64,000 bases of DNA from an uncultured Gemmatimonadaceae bacterium (GTDB taxonomy: Bacteria; Gemmatimonadota; Gemmatimonadetes; Gemmatimonadales; Gemmatimonadaceae), in NCBI GenBank assembly GCA_963817955.1, contig CAWFQK010000002.1, positions 128,001-192,000 of the forward strand. Reading direction: 5' to 3'. Numbering within the stretch: position 1 is the first letter of the stretch; each line of letters starts with the position of its first letter. This document shows, piece after piece, positions 36,509 to 48,513 of this stretch. A model generated the notes under the pieces. That model searched no databases and was not told the origin of the DNA. It was given only the letters and a program-made list of their open reading frames with translations. The position numbers and the translations under genes are program-made.

Positions 36509-39346
36509 CTAGCTCTTGCGAACGGTCGGTTCGGGATGTACGGCGAACGTCTGCGTGTAGCTTTGCCCGTTGACCGTCAGCTTGGCCGTGAACGTCCCGA
36601 TAAGCGGCGTCCCCCGTCCACCTCGACCGCCGCCACCACCGCGGCCGCCGCGGCCAGCGGGCGTTGATACAGGAATCCAAACCACTCGGTGCATGCCGGC
36701 CGCACCGGAGAACGCTTCCGGAGTCGGACGCCAGAGCGGAGACGTGTTCGGAATGCCGCCACCGCGTCCGCCGCGGCCGCCACCACCCGGCTGTGGAACA
36801 GTCGGAGGCGCCGGTTCGGTGCTGAAACTACGGATCGTTGCGCCGGAGGCATCGAGAATGTCGAGCATGACCGGCCCCGTGGGCGTCCGTTTGACGTAAT
36901 AGTCGATGTACGCGCCGTTCGGCGGATTGGGCGCCTGCGGCTCGTCCTTCTGCAGCGGCGTCCCGTTGTCGCCCGGTTGCGCCGCGGCGTACGCATCGGC
37001 CGGCTTGAACAGGAAAGCGTCAGCCGCCAGCACGCCATCGTTGATCTGGCGCAGCGCGCTGATGTCGTCCACGACCCAGAATCCGCGCCCGTGGGTCGCC
37101 ACGATGAGATCGTTGTTGTAGATCTCGAAATCCCGCACCGACGTCACCGGCAGGTTGAGTTGCAGCGGCTGCCAATGGTCGCCGTCGTCGAACGAGATAT
37201 GGGCGCCCCGCTCCGTACCGGCAAACAACAGCCCCTGACGCGCGGGATCTTCCTTCACTACATGCACGTATGCGCCCGCCGGCAACCCGGCCGTGATCTT
37301 CTGCCAGGACCGTCCGCCGTCGCGTGTCCGATAAATGTACGGCTCGAAATCCTGTAGCTGGTGTCGATCGACGCTCGCGTACGCGGCGTTCACGTCGGCG
37401 TGGGAGGCCTCGATCATCGTCACCCGGCTCCACGGCGTGAGCGCCGACGGGGTGATGTCGCTCCATGTCTTGCCAGCGTCGGTGGTCCGTTGAATGAGCC
37501 CGTCGTCGGTGCCCACCCAGATCGTGTCCGCCGCCTTCGGTGACGGCGCAATCGTGTAGACCACGCCGCGTTTGCCATTGCGATCGACGTCGCTCGCCGC
37601 CGCGGCATCGAGCGTCGGCGGCACACCCGGGTCGGTGCGCGTCAGGTCGGAACTGATCTGCGTCCAGGTCTGTGCGCCATCGACCGTGCGATAGACGTTC
37701 TGGTTGCCGTAGTACAGCGCCCGCGGATCGGCCTTGGAGAATACCAACGGCTGCGTCCAGTCAGCGCGCGCGCCCTCGGACGGCGGCGTGGTCGTGCCGC
37801 GGATCTCCGCGTTCGCCTCCAGATTCCACCGCTGGCCCGTTCCACCAAAAACGATGCCGGGGTTCAGTTGATCGCCCGCCGTATATCCGCTCTCACCGCC
37901 GGCGCCAATCGGCTCCCAGTCGCGCATCGAGATCTCGCCGAACTTACCACGTGACCGTACGGCCACCGCGCCGGAATCCTGCTGCGCTCCCGTCACCCAG
38001 TACGGATACCGGTAGTCGACCGACACATGATAGATCTGCGCCGTCGGCTGATTGAGCCATGAGCTCCATGTGATCTCGCGCGGATCGGTGGTGCGTGCGT
38101 TGCGTGTGACGACTGCGCCCTGATCGCTCGCGACGATCACCGTGTTCGGATCATCGGGCGACACCCATGCCTGGTGGTAATCGTCGCCGCCCGGCGAGCC
38201 ACGCATCGGAACCCAGCTCTTGCCGCCGTCCATGGACCGGTTCACTGCCACGTTCGGCACGTACACGACGTCCGCGTTCTTGGGATCGACGGTAACCTTG
38301 GTGAAGTACCACCCGCGTCCCCAGAGCGCCGTGTCGCCTGAAAGCTTCGTCCACGTCGCGCCAGCATCGTCCGAGCGAAAGAACCCGCCCTGATCCGGCA
38401 GACAATCCACCACCGCGTACACCCGGCGCGAATCCGTGGCGGCAACGGCAATGCCCGTTCGCCCGATCGGACCAGCCGGAAGCCCGGTGGTGAGCTGCTT
38501 CCAGGTAGTGCCACCGTCGGTGGACTTGAAGATGCCGCCGCCAGGTCCATTCGACGGCGCGTAGGTATACCAGGGCGGCCGGCGCGTATTCCACAATCCG
38601 GCGTAGACGACGTTTCCGTCGTTCGGGTCGATCACGACCTCCACAGCGCCGACGTCGTCATTCGGACCGAGCACCTTCGTCCAGGTCTTACCGCCGTCGC
38701 GCGAACGGAAGACACCGCGTTGAGCGTTCGGCGCGTAGAGGTGGCCGATCGCGGCAACGAACACAACGTTCGGGTTCTTTGGATCCACCGCGATCTTTCC
38801 GATGTGCTGCGTGTCCTCGAGCCCGAGATGCGTCCAGGTCACGCCGGCATCGACAGACTTGTACATGCCGTTCCCGAAGCCCATCGAATCGCGCAAAGAC
38901 GATTCACCGCTGCCCACATAGACGACATTCGGGGCCGATGGGGCCACCGTAATGGCGCCAATCGAGGCGACCGGCTGCGAATCGAAGATGGGCGTCCACA
39001 CACGACCGGCATCGATCGACTTCCAGACGCCGCCGTTCACCGCGCCGAAATAGAACTCATTCGGCCGTCCTGGCACGCCGCTCGCCGCGGCCACTCGGCC
39101 GCCACGGAACGGGCCGAGCATCCGCCAGCGCAAGCCGCTGAACTCATCGGCGGGGACCCAGGGCAACGCGGCCCCATGGGAAACTTCCGCCGCTCGGGCA
39201 GAGCGTGGAATCAAAACGCCGTAGCGCAGCCCAATCGCGGACAACGCGCCCACTTGGCCAGCGGCCAAGAGAAAACGGCGGCGCGTGAGCGCACTGAGAG
39301 ATTCGGTTGGCGTTTCCTGGTCGTTCGGTGGGCACTGGTCTGGCAC
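36509..39346 (-). CDS. Tat-exported BNR/Asp-box (VPS10-like) beta-propeller glycosyl hydrolase-like protein
   Basis: TRRRFL Tat motif; WRMLGPFRGGR; many S.DGG.TW Asp-boxes; ATHGRGFW. Confidence 0.88.
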   Translation of the reverse strand: MPDQCPPNDQETPTESLSALTRRRFLLAAGQVGALSAIGLRYGVLIPRSARAAEVSHGAALPWVPADEFSGLRWRMLGPFRGGRVAAASGVPGRPNEFYFGAVNGGVWKSIDAGRVWTPIFDSQPVASIGAITVAPSAPNVVYVGSGESSLRDSMGFGNGMYKSVDAGVTWTHLGLEDTQHIGKIAVDPKNPNVVFVAAIGHLYAPNAQRGVFRSRDGGKTWTKVLGPNDDVGAVEVVIDPNDGNVVYAGLWNTRRPPWYTYAPSNGPGGGIFKSTDGGTTWKQLTTGLPAGPIGRTGIAVAATDSRRVYAVVDCLPDQGGFFRSDDAGATWTKLSGDTALWGRGWYFTKVTVDPKNADVVYVPNVAVNRSMDGGKSWVPMRGSPGGDDYHQAWVSPDDPNTVIVASDQGAVVTRNARTTDPREITWSSWLNQPTAQIYHVSVDYRYPYWVTGAQQDSGAVAVRSRGKFGEISMRDWEPIGAGGESGYTAGDQLNPGIVFGGTGQRWNLEANAEIRGTTTPPSEGARADWTQPLVFSKADPRALYYGNQNVYRTVDGAQTWTQISSDLTRTDPGVPPTLDAAAASDVDRNGKRGVVYTIAPSPKAADTIWVGTDDGLIQRTTDAGKTWSDITPSALTPWSRVTMIEASHADVNAAYASVDRHQLQDFEPYIYRTRDGGRSWQKITAGLPAGAYVHVVKEDPARQGLLFAGTERGAHISFDDGDHWQPLQLNLPVTSVRDFEIYNNDLIVATHGRGFWVVDDISALRQINDGVLAADAFLFKPADAYAAAQPGDNGTPLQKDEPQAPNPPNGAYIDYYVKRTPTGPVMLDILDASGATIRSFSTEPAPPTVPQPGGGGRGGRGGGIPNTSPLWRPTPEAFSGAAGMHRVVWIPVSTPAGRGGRGGGGGRGGRGTPLIGTFTAKLTVNGQSYTQTFAVHPEPTVRKS

Positions 39347-39540
39347 GGGCAGCTCCGGAATCGAGAAGTTTTGATCGCACTCGAATATGGCGCCAAAGGC
39401 ATGCTGTCAAGCAAGACATGGCAGCGCTGGCCCCGATTCCGGGTTTTCTTTCTGGCAACGCCTGCGCGACATAGGTTGGATGATGCTTTTCGAGCCACGA
39501 CGTACGCCGAACGGCGTTTGACACACGGGCCAGCAGAATC

Positions 39541-39960
39541 ATGAGACGTTGGACACCGCTATTGGCCGGGCTACTGCTCGCATTGACCCTGTGGGAGGAC
39601 CATCGGTTTCTCGATACGGAGCCGTGGGCACTCCATAACACAATCGGACTGGCGATCATCATCCCGGCGTACCTCTTGTGGGCTACGGCGAGGTACCAAC
39701 TCGGCGCATCCTTCACCGGGCGCGCCGAAGCCCGATCGCTCGTGACACACGGGCTCTACGCGCGCCTTCGGCATCCGGTGTACCTGTTCGCCGAGCTCCT
39801 GATCGCGGGGTTACTCGTATTCATGGCGATCCCAATCCTGTGGATCGTAGCGCTGGCGACGCTCCCGTTCCAGATCGTCCGTGCGAGGCGAGAGGATCGT
39901 GTTCTCGAAGAGGCGTTCGGGGAGGAGTACCGCGCGTACCGCCGGACGACGTGGTTCTAA
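39541..39960 (+). CDS. isoprenylcysteine carboxyl/phospholipid methyltransferase family membrane protein
   Basis: LVTHGLYARLRHPVY and E..L...FGEEY..Y motifs. Confidence 0.88.
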   Translation: MRRWTPLLAGLLLALTLWEDHRFLDTEPWALHNTIGLAIIIPAYLLWATARYQLGASFTGRAEARSLVTHGLYARLRHPVYLFAELLIAGLLVFMAIPILWIVALATLPFQIVRARREDRVLEEAFGEEYRAYRRTTWF

Positions 39961-40123
39961 TGACCTTCGCGAAGGTCAGGGGAGACAGAGTCGGATTGGG
40001 CTCCGGGTCGTTGACCGGCAGGATGTCGCTGGCTGCTCCGTACCGGTCGGCGCCTTGCGGCTCACTCGGATCGTCGGGACCAGCCCCCCAGACACCGGGG
40101 GATTGATCCGGCGGCGCGAACCG

Positions 40124-40849
40124 TTATCGGGCCGTCAGCGTGAAGAAGAATGGGATGACGTAGTACCCGTACAACACGCTGCCATCGCCCGAGCGCAGCG
40201 ATGCAACGTTCGAGTTCGGCGAGCATGCGCCGACGGGCGTAATCGTCCAGACCGCCGGGCTGACGGTGGTGCGCGTTACCACCGCGAAGGCGGTCGGCGT
40301 TCCACTCACGTCTTCCTGACCTTTGTGGAAACTCACGGCCCAACCGGTCGACTTATTCGAGAAGCCGTTCCCCATGTAAATGCATTCGGTCGCCGGATTC
40401 CCGTTGACGCCGAGATTCTGAAGGGGAATATGCGGGCTGAATGCGGATGGGCCAGTCGAGAAGTGGTAATTCATGCTGTTGCTCGGGCTTGGCCGGTAGG
40501 CGTTCGTTGCGTCGACTGGATGACTGAAGTTGTAGGTGACCCAGCGCGTTGCGGTGTGCGACGTCACCGTGTTGAAGGCAAACGTTCCGTACTTGTCGAT
40601 GACTGCCTGGACGCCCTGGGATCCATCGACGTACGCCCCTTTGCCGTCATTCTGAATGCCGTACGCCGCGCCAAGGTTGTCGGTGTTCGCGACGGTCACC
40701 GTAAGCGAGACCGCTGTGATGGTGGCCGGAGCGGCCGCTTTGGACAGGTTCGCAGCGCCGAGGCTTGGCTCGGAGGGTCGGGAGCTGTCGACACAGGCGG
40801 AAGCAAGAGCGAGGGTGGCGATGCCACTGAACAGCGCGAAGCGTTTCAT
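40124..40849 (-). CDS. hypothetical beta-rich lipoprotein
   Basis: AGGAG RBS; MKRFALFSGIATLALASAC lipobox; no family recognised. Confidence 0.78.
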   Translation of the reverse strand: MKRFALFSGIATLALASACVDSSRPSEPSLGAANLSKAAAPATITAVSLTVTVANTDNLGAAYGIQNDGKGAYVDGSQGVQAVIDKYGTFAFNTVTSHTATRWVTYNFSHPVDATNAYRPSPSNSMNYHFSTGPSAFSPHIPLQNLGVNGNPATECIYMGNGFSNKSTGWAVSFHKGQEDVSGTPTAFAVVTRTTVSPAVWTITPVGACSPNSNVASLRSGDGSVLYGYYVIPFFFTLTAR

Positions 40850-41015
40850 GCGTGAGTATCTCCTAATGCGATGGCGAGCCGGTAACCGGAAAGTTTCGCC
40901 GCGGCGGCTCCAGACGCTGAGCGGCCTGGCGAGCTTGTTAACCTTTCCGAACGAGCGTACATTCGCTGCGCGCACTCACCGAGGACTCACACAATCATCA
41001 CCTCGCGGCTGATTC

Positions 41016-43549
41016 ATGTTGTTTTTGAGAACTCTTGGTGGGTTGGCCCTCGAAAATGACCGCGCGGTGGCAGGAGCGGGCGCGCAGCGCGGGCGGTTAG
41101 CCATTCTCGCAGTCTTGGCCGTCGCTGGAGACGCGGGCGTCAGCCGCGACCGCCTCCTCGGCCTGCTCTGGACCGATCGCGACGAAGAACGGGCGCGTGC
41201 CGCATTGAACCAGGCGCTGTATGCCCTGCGTCGTGACGTCGGCGAACAGGAGCTGACGCTTGGGACCACCGAGCTTCGGCTCAACCCCAAGGTCGTGACA
41301 AGCGACGTCGCGGCGTTCGATGCCGCGCTGCGGGATGGGAACCTGGAGGAGGCGGTCGCCAGTTACGGCGGGCCTTTTCTGGACGCCATTTATATAAGGA
41401 ATGCTCCCGAACTGGAGCGATGGATCGATCGAGAGCGCGACCGGCTCGCGCGCGCGCACCGCGCCGCGCTCGATCAACTTGCCGACGGTGCGCGAGAACG
41501 TGCCGACCCGAAGTCGGCGGTGGAGTGGTTGCATAAGCTCGCGGCCGTTGATCCACTCAGCTCGAATGTCGCGCGGTCGCTCATGGAAGCGCTCGTCGCG
41601 GCTGGCGACCGAGAGGCCGCCATTCGTCACGCCGCGGCCTACACCGCGCTGATTCGCTCTGAGCTGGAATGTGAACCCGATTCGAGCGTGGTCGATTTCG
41701 CGGAGCAATTGCGGTCCGTGAAGCCGAACGGTCACGCGGCCAGCCCTTCGCAGTCCGCCGCAGCGCCAGTGGTGCAGCGTGTGGTGAGCGAACCCATACC
41801 GCCAACGCCAACTCGCCCCCCCGTTGAGACGTCGTTCGGGAATCGGCCGCGCGTCCGGCTTCGACACCTGCTCGGCGCAGCGATCGTCCTGCTCGTTGCT
41901 GAACTTCAGTCGCTCTTTGGCTTGGTCGACGAACGCATCGGCCGGGGCTGGTAGCGGTCGCGCCGCTGCAAAATCGCACCGGTGATTCGACGCTGAATCA
42001 ATTCGCTGAATTGGCGACGCGGCAGATTAGCGGGCAGATCGCGCGAGCCGGGCGCGGCGAAGTCGTTGAGCTGTCTCGCGCCGCCGCGCCAAGCAAGGAC
42101 GGCGCAGGGGACAACCCAGGTCAGCTGGCTCACGCCAGGCAAGTCGGCGCCGGACAAATGGTGTCAAGCGCCATGTATCGGGAAGGGGACAGCATCAGGA
42201 TTGCCACGTCCATCATCGACGCGAAAGATGGGCGCGTCGTTGGGCAGCTCGACGACGTCGTCGGCGCCTCCTCGCGAATCACGGCCACGCTTCATGAGCT
42301 CGAGCAGCGCGTTGGCGGCGCCGTTGCGGCACTCGCGGACACGCTGTATCGACCCTGGTCGCGGGCCCACAGCCGCACGCCAACCTATGCGGCGTTCCAG
42401 GAGTTCATTCTCGGCCTCGATGGATTGATGAACGATCCGCAGGCCGCCATCGTCCATCTGCGCAACGCCGCTGCCGCGGACACGGCGTTTGTCGAAGCGA
42501 AGATCTGGCTCATAACGCAGCTCTCCGCCAATCCCGGCGAGAACCATGTGTTGATCGACTCGCTGCTCGCCGCCGCGGCGGCGCAGCGACCCTTCCTGAC
42601 TCCATTCGATGCGGCCGCGCTCGATCGCGTGGCTGCCGTGAACCGACACGACACGGAAGGCACGTATCGTGCGGCGCGCCGGCTCGCGGACATCGCCCCG
42701 ACGACTCAGGACGCGCAGAACTTCTTGTACGAGGCTGCCCTGAAAACGCGGCGATTCAAGCAGGCGCTTGCCGCACTCGATTGGCTGCGCGACAGCGAAG
42801 GATGGATGAGCGGCGCGAAGTCTTATTGGCTCATGCGAGAAGTAGTCATATACCACGCTCTTGGCCAATCTCGAAAAGCGCTGACGCTCTGGCGCGCGGC
42901 ACGCCTACGCGAACCGAGCGACTACGGGACGTGTATCCACGGCGTCAACGACCTCGCATTGCTTGGCGAAGAGAGGCAGGTCGACTCGCTGGTCGTCGAG
43001 TGCAGCCATCTGCCCAACGCGCCGACGAAGATTCCGAATCTTGGTTATTTCTCCGAAGCGATTCCGCAGTACCTGGCGACAGGCCATCTTGCAGAGGCGC
43101 ACCGCGCCGCGCAACGAGTCGTCCCGTTCCTCGAGAAGTTTGGACGTACCGAACCCGCCAAACGCCGTTCCCTCGTCATTCTCGATTGCGAGTTCGGCGA
43201 CTGGAAGAGCGCGTACGCCAGGTTTGCACCCGACGCGGACTCGGCGAGCCTCGAAGATCGAGCGTTGTTGGCTATCATCGCGGCGCACTTGGGCGATACG
43301 ACGACGGTCTCCACGACGCTTCGGTGGATGGATGAGTATTCGAAGACCTTTCGCCTCCCGGCGATTCTCGACCAACTGCGGGCCGAGATTGTGCTCGCTC
43401 AGGGAGACCGAGCAAATGCGCTACGGCTGATGGCCAAGGTGCTTTCGGAAGAAGCCATCCCGCTGTTCCTCGAGTGGCCGCGACAGTGGGAGTTCGCTCC
43501 ACTGCGCGGCGATCCGCGATTCAAAAAGCTGCTCGCGCCAGTCACGTAA
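41016..43549 (+). CDS. SARP/BTAD transcriptional regulator with TM, TolB-like and TPR-like C-terminal region; frameshift near 41900
   Basis: LRTLGGL...SRDRLLGLLW...ALNQALYALR...YGGPFL BTAD; the downstream frame continues VAVAPLQNRTGDSTL into ORF 42011..43549 ending LRGDPRF. Confidence 0.8.
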
Positions 43550-43599
43550 CGAGAAGGGCGCGTTGGTTGGGCCTGGAGCGCCTGACTCGTCGACGTGCC

Positions 43600-43644
43600 G
43601 AAAAAAAAGCTCGGCGGCGCCAAGTGCTGGCACCGCCGAGCTTT
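43600..43644 (-). terminator. intrinsic terminator of the 16S-tRNA-Ile unit
   Basis: AAAGCTCGGCGG...CCGCCGAGCTTT hairpin followed by a T8 tract on the minus strand, right after tRNA-Ile. Confidence 0.85.
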
Positions 43645-43649
43645 CAGGA

Positions 43650-43723
<74 letters not shown>

Positions 43724-43945
43724 TTACGGACATGTTTCAGAATCTCAAAACATAACGACCTGACCCCCGTCGGTCAATCGACGCGGTTCGCACACACGAT
43801 AGCGCGAATGCAACGCGGGCTCGACACGCCGAAGCGTGTCGAGCCCGCGAAGATACTGCCTGAAGAAGAACAATCGAGTGTGTGTCGCGCGTGGCTACGA
43901 CTACGAAAGCTTTCAACCGAATACATCGGCCTACTCGCGATCCGT

Positions 43946-45470
<1,525 letters not shown>

Positions 45471-45616
45471 GTGTTTGATAATTGCTCTCCGAACACCGTC
45501 ATCAGACATCGCCTCATGACGATGTCCGGAATCATGGTATTTCCGTGAATTGTTCTCTCCCCGATGCCCACGAGAGCATCGGATCAGCGAGAGCCATCGC
45601 ACGATCACACACTCGA

Positions 45617-45629
45617 TTGTCAAATAGCG
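45617..45629 (-). promoter_or_regulatory. boxA antitermination element
   Basis: CGCTATTTGACAA in the rrn leader, similar to boxA TGCTCTTTAACA. Confidence 0.6.
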
Positions 45630-45667
45630 TTTGTTGCGTTGTTTCCCCCCTCTCTGGGGGAACGCTT

Positions 45668-45695
45668 AGTATAGCATACGGACCTGCGTTTGCAA
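45668..45695 (-). promoter_or_regulatory. rrn promoter
   Basis: TTGCAA-16 bp-TATACT with extended -10 TG; the 16-bp spacer is typical of rRNA promoters. Confidence 0.75.
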
Positions 45696-45802
45696 GGGGT
45701 TCTGCACCCACTTTGCTTCCGCGAAATGCAACCGCTTACGTCGTACACGATCGCACACATGATGATCCGTCGGACGTGCTCGCCAACAACTCCTAGGCGG
45801 CC

Positions 45803-46132
45803 CTACTCCTCGTAGCGACCTGGTCTGACCGGTCGCTCTTCTTCATCGACGTCATCATACGCATCGTCAAGATCGACGAGTTCGTCGTCGAAACCGTCGA
45901 GGTCGTCCTCATCCTCGTCGTCTTCGTCTTCGTCTTCGTCTTCCTCGTCGTCTTCATCTTCGTCGTCGAGATCGTCGTCGTCGAGGTCATCATCCTCGTC
46001 GTCGAAATCGACCTCATCGTCCAGATCGTCATCCTCCTCGGCGTCAACTTCGTCTTCAGCGTCGAGAGGCTCGTCGTCGAGCTCGTCTTCATCGCGCCCG
46101 GCGTACAGCGACAGATGCGACGACTCGGACAT
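45803..46132 (-). CDS. very acidic low-complexity protein
   Basis: AAGGAG upstream; ~109 aa, roughly 60% Asp/Glu; start may be 46141. Confidence 0.75.
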   Translation of the reverse strand: MSESSHLSLYAGRDEDELDDEPLDAEDEVDAEEDDDLDDEVDFDDEDDDLDDDDLDDEDEDDEEDEDEDEDDEDEDDLDGFDDELVDLDDAYDDVDEEERPVRPGRYEE

Positions 46133-46207
46133 GGCCGGCATTGCTCGATTCTCCTTACGGGAATGCAGGTGACTGGAAATATTGAGGATGACAGGGACAG
46201 CAACACT

Positions 46208-48043
46208 TCAACCAGACGCGCGTTCCTTCTTGGCACCGCGTGACATCCGCTTGCGATCCGACGTGCGGAGGAAACGCTTCCGCAACCGAATGGCCTGCGG
46301 CGTGATCTCGATCAACTCGTCGTCCTCGATATACTCAAGGGCGGCTTCCAGAGTCAACTCCCGCGGGGGTTCGAGTTGAATATTGTCATCCGTGCCCTTG
46401 CTGCGCATATTTGTCAGCTTTTTTTCCCTGGTCGGATTGACATCCATGTCGCCAGGGCGTGCACTCTCACCCACGATCATCCCCTCGTACACGGAATCGC
46501 CAGGTTGCACGAACAACGTCGAGCGCTCCTGCAAAACGGACAGCGCGAATGCGACGATCGTGCCACCCTCCATCGATACGAGTGACCCACGCGTGCGGCC
46601 CGCCAGCGGTCCTGCCCACGGCCCGTAATCGAGAAAGCGGTGATGCATGATGCCCGTGCCGCGCGTGTCGGTCAAGAATTCGGAGCGATACCCGAACAGC
46701 CCGCGCGCCGGAATGCGGTACAGCAGCCGAACGAGTCGCTGCCCCGGATTCTTCATCTCGAGCATTTCGCCGCGTCGCGGGCCCAGCTTCTCGATCACGG
46801 TGCCGAGGTGTTCCTCGGGTACGTCGATCGCCAGCTCCTCATACGGTTCGAGGCGTTCGCCGCTCGGCCCCTCACGCGTGATGACGCGAGGACGTGACAC
46901 CTGAAACTCATATCCCTCACGACGCATGGTCTCCATGAGAATCGTGAGATGCAGTTCGCCGCGTCCGGACACGGTCCACGTGTCCGTGGAATCCGTGTCT
47001 TCCACTTTCAACGCCACATTGCGTTCGAGCTCCCGGTACAATCGCTCGCGTACCTGGCGCGACGTCACGAACTTCCCCGCCTGGCCGGCAAAGGGCGAGT
47101 TGTTGACGATGAAGTCTACGGAGATCGTTGGCTCCTCGACGGCAATGCCCTCCAGGCGCTCCCGATGCTCGAGATCCGTGACCGTCAGGCCGATCTCCAC
47201 GTTGTCCAATCCGGCGAGCGCCACGATTTCGCCTGCGACCGCCTCCTGTACTTCCACGCGGTCGAGGCCATCGAAGGAGAACAGTTTCGTGATGCGCGAC
47301 TGATCGGGCTTCTGATTCAAATCCATGGGCAGCAGCGCCACCGCATCGCCGACTCGCGCTCGGCCGCGCTCGATCCGGCCAATCCCCAGCCGCCCGAGAT
47401 AGGGCGAATAGTCGATGGTCGAGATGAGCATCTGGAACGGGCTGTCGGCGTCGTGCGGCGGCGGCGGCACGCTGTCAATGATCGTCTGGAACAACGGCGT
47501 GAGATCCTGCAGCGGCTGGTCCATGTCGAGCGTCGACACGCCGTCACGGGCCGAGACGTACACGACCGGCGCATCGAGTTGCTCCTCGCCGGCCTCGAGC
47601 TCGATGAACAGGTCGAGCACTTCGTCGTGCACACGGAATGGGTCCGCGCCGGGGCGATCGATCTTGTTGATCACGACGATCGGTGTGCGGCCGAGCGCGA
47701 GCGCCTTTCGAAGTACGAAGCGCGTTTGCGGCATCGGACCATCGAAGGCATCCACCACGAGCAACACGCCGTCCACCATACGGAGGATGCGCTCCACCTC
47801 GCCGCCGAAGTCGGCATGGCCCGGAGTATCCACGATGTTGATCTTGGTGCCGTGCCAGTGCACTGCCGTGTTCTTCGCGAGGATCGTGATCCCACGCTCG
47901 CGCTCGAGCGGGTTGGAGTCCATCACCCGTTCGGCCACGATCTGATTATCTCTGAACGCGCCCGCCTGCCGGAGCATCTTGTCTACCAGGGTGGTCTTCC
48001 CGTGGTCGACGTGCGCGATGATAGCGATGTTACGTATTTCCAT
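46208..48043 (-). CDS. typA: translational GTPase TypA/BipA
   Basis: [46 protein letters not shown]. Confidence 0.98.
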   Translation of the reverse strand: MEIRNIAIIAHVDHGKTTLVDKMLRQAGAFRDNQIVAERVMDSNPLERERGITILAKNTAVHWHGTKINIVDTPGHADFGGEVERILRMVDGVLLVVDAFDGPMPQTRFVLRKALALGRTPIVVINKIDRPGADPFRVHDEVLDLFIELEAGEEQLDAPVVYVSARDGVSTLDMDQPLQDLTPLFQTIIDSVPPPPHDADSPFQMLISTIDYSPYLGRLGIGRIERGRARVGDAVALLPMDLNQKPDQSRITKLFSFDGLDRVEVQEAVAGEIVALAGLDNVEIGLTVTDLEHRERLEGIAVEEPTISVDFIVNNSPFAGQAGKFVTSRQVRERLYRELERNVALKVEDTDSTDTWTVSGRGELHLTILMETMRREGYEFQVSRPRVITREGPSGERLEPYEELAIDVPEEHLGTVIEKLGPRRGEMLEMKNPGQRLVRLLYRIPARGLFGYRSEFLTDTRGTGIMHHRFLDYGPWAGPLAGRTRGSLVSMEGGTIVAFALSVLQERSTLFVQPGDSVYEGMIVGESARPGDMDVNPTREKKLTNMRSKGTDDNIQLEPPRELTLEAALEYIEDDELIEITPQAIRLRKRFLRTSDRKRMSRGAKKERASG

Positions 48044-48218
48044 AGCCTTGTAATGTAACCGATCGTGCAGGTGGCCGTACAAGCAAGCGATGCCGTAGGC
48101 CGCACGATTGAAACGACCCTTGCCAGACCAATTTCCGGCACACACAATGCCGCGTAGGGAACAAGCGCGTTCCCCCAGGGGTCCAAGTCCCAAGACGCCT
48201 ATTGCAGGGAGGTGGCCA

Positions 48219-48416
48219 ATGAATCAAGCCGACGAAGCAGCGCTCGTGAACTATCCTCACGGACGCGGCTACGGGCACGATTACATGCGCGGAGGTGAAG
48301 TGTTCGGCGGCTATGGCTATGCCGAACGGGACGACTACGCCAAAGTACGAGGAGAAATCGACGACGATCAGCGCGGCGACGCGTCGCCTAGCCAATCGGG
48401 TGAGACCCGCCGATAG
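48219..48416 (+). CDS. small Gly/Tyr/Asp-rich hypothetical protein (65 aa)
   Basis: GGGAGGT RBS before ATG; fills the typA-pilT gap. Confidence 0.55.
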   Translation: MNQADEAALVNYPHGRGYGHDYMRGGEVFGGYGYAERDDYAKVRGEIDDDQRGDASPSQSGETRR

Positions 48417-48513
48417 GGAGCGATTGATCGTCCGTTCGTGAAAACGACCAGGCCTCGGGATGCCGGTCCGGCTCCCCGAGGCCTTACGTCGTTCCGGCAG
48501 CGAACACCGTCGG

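Noticed and set aside
28578..36512. Long plus-strand ORFs antisense to RND genes (and similar ones across the window)
   Set aside because: This is the expected stop-poor antisense frame in high-GC coding DNA
39961..40123. Possible structured ncRNA or riboswitch (several small hairpins, GGAGCAGCC)
   Set aside because: It does not match SRP, 6S or c-di-GMP consensus by eye and lies between convergent 3' ends; an Infernal/Rfam scan would settle it
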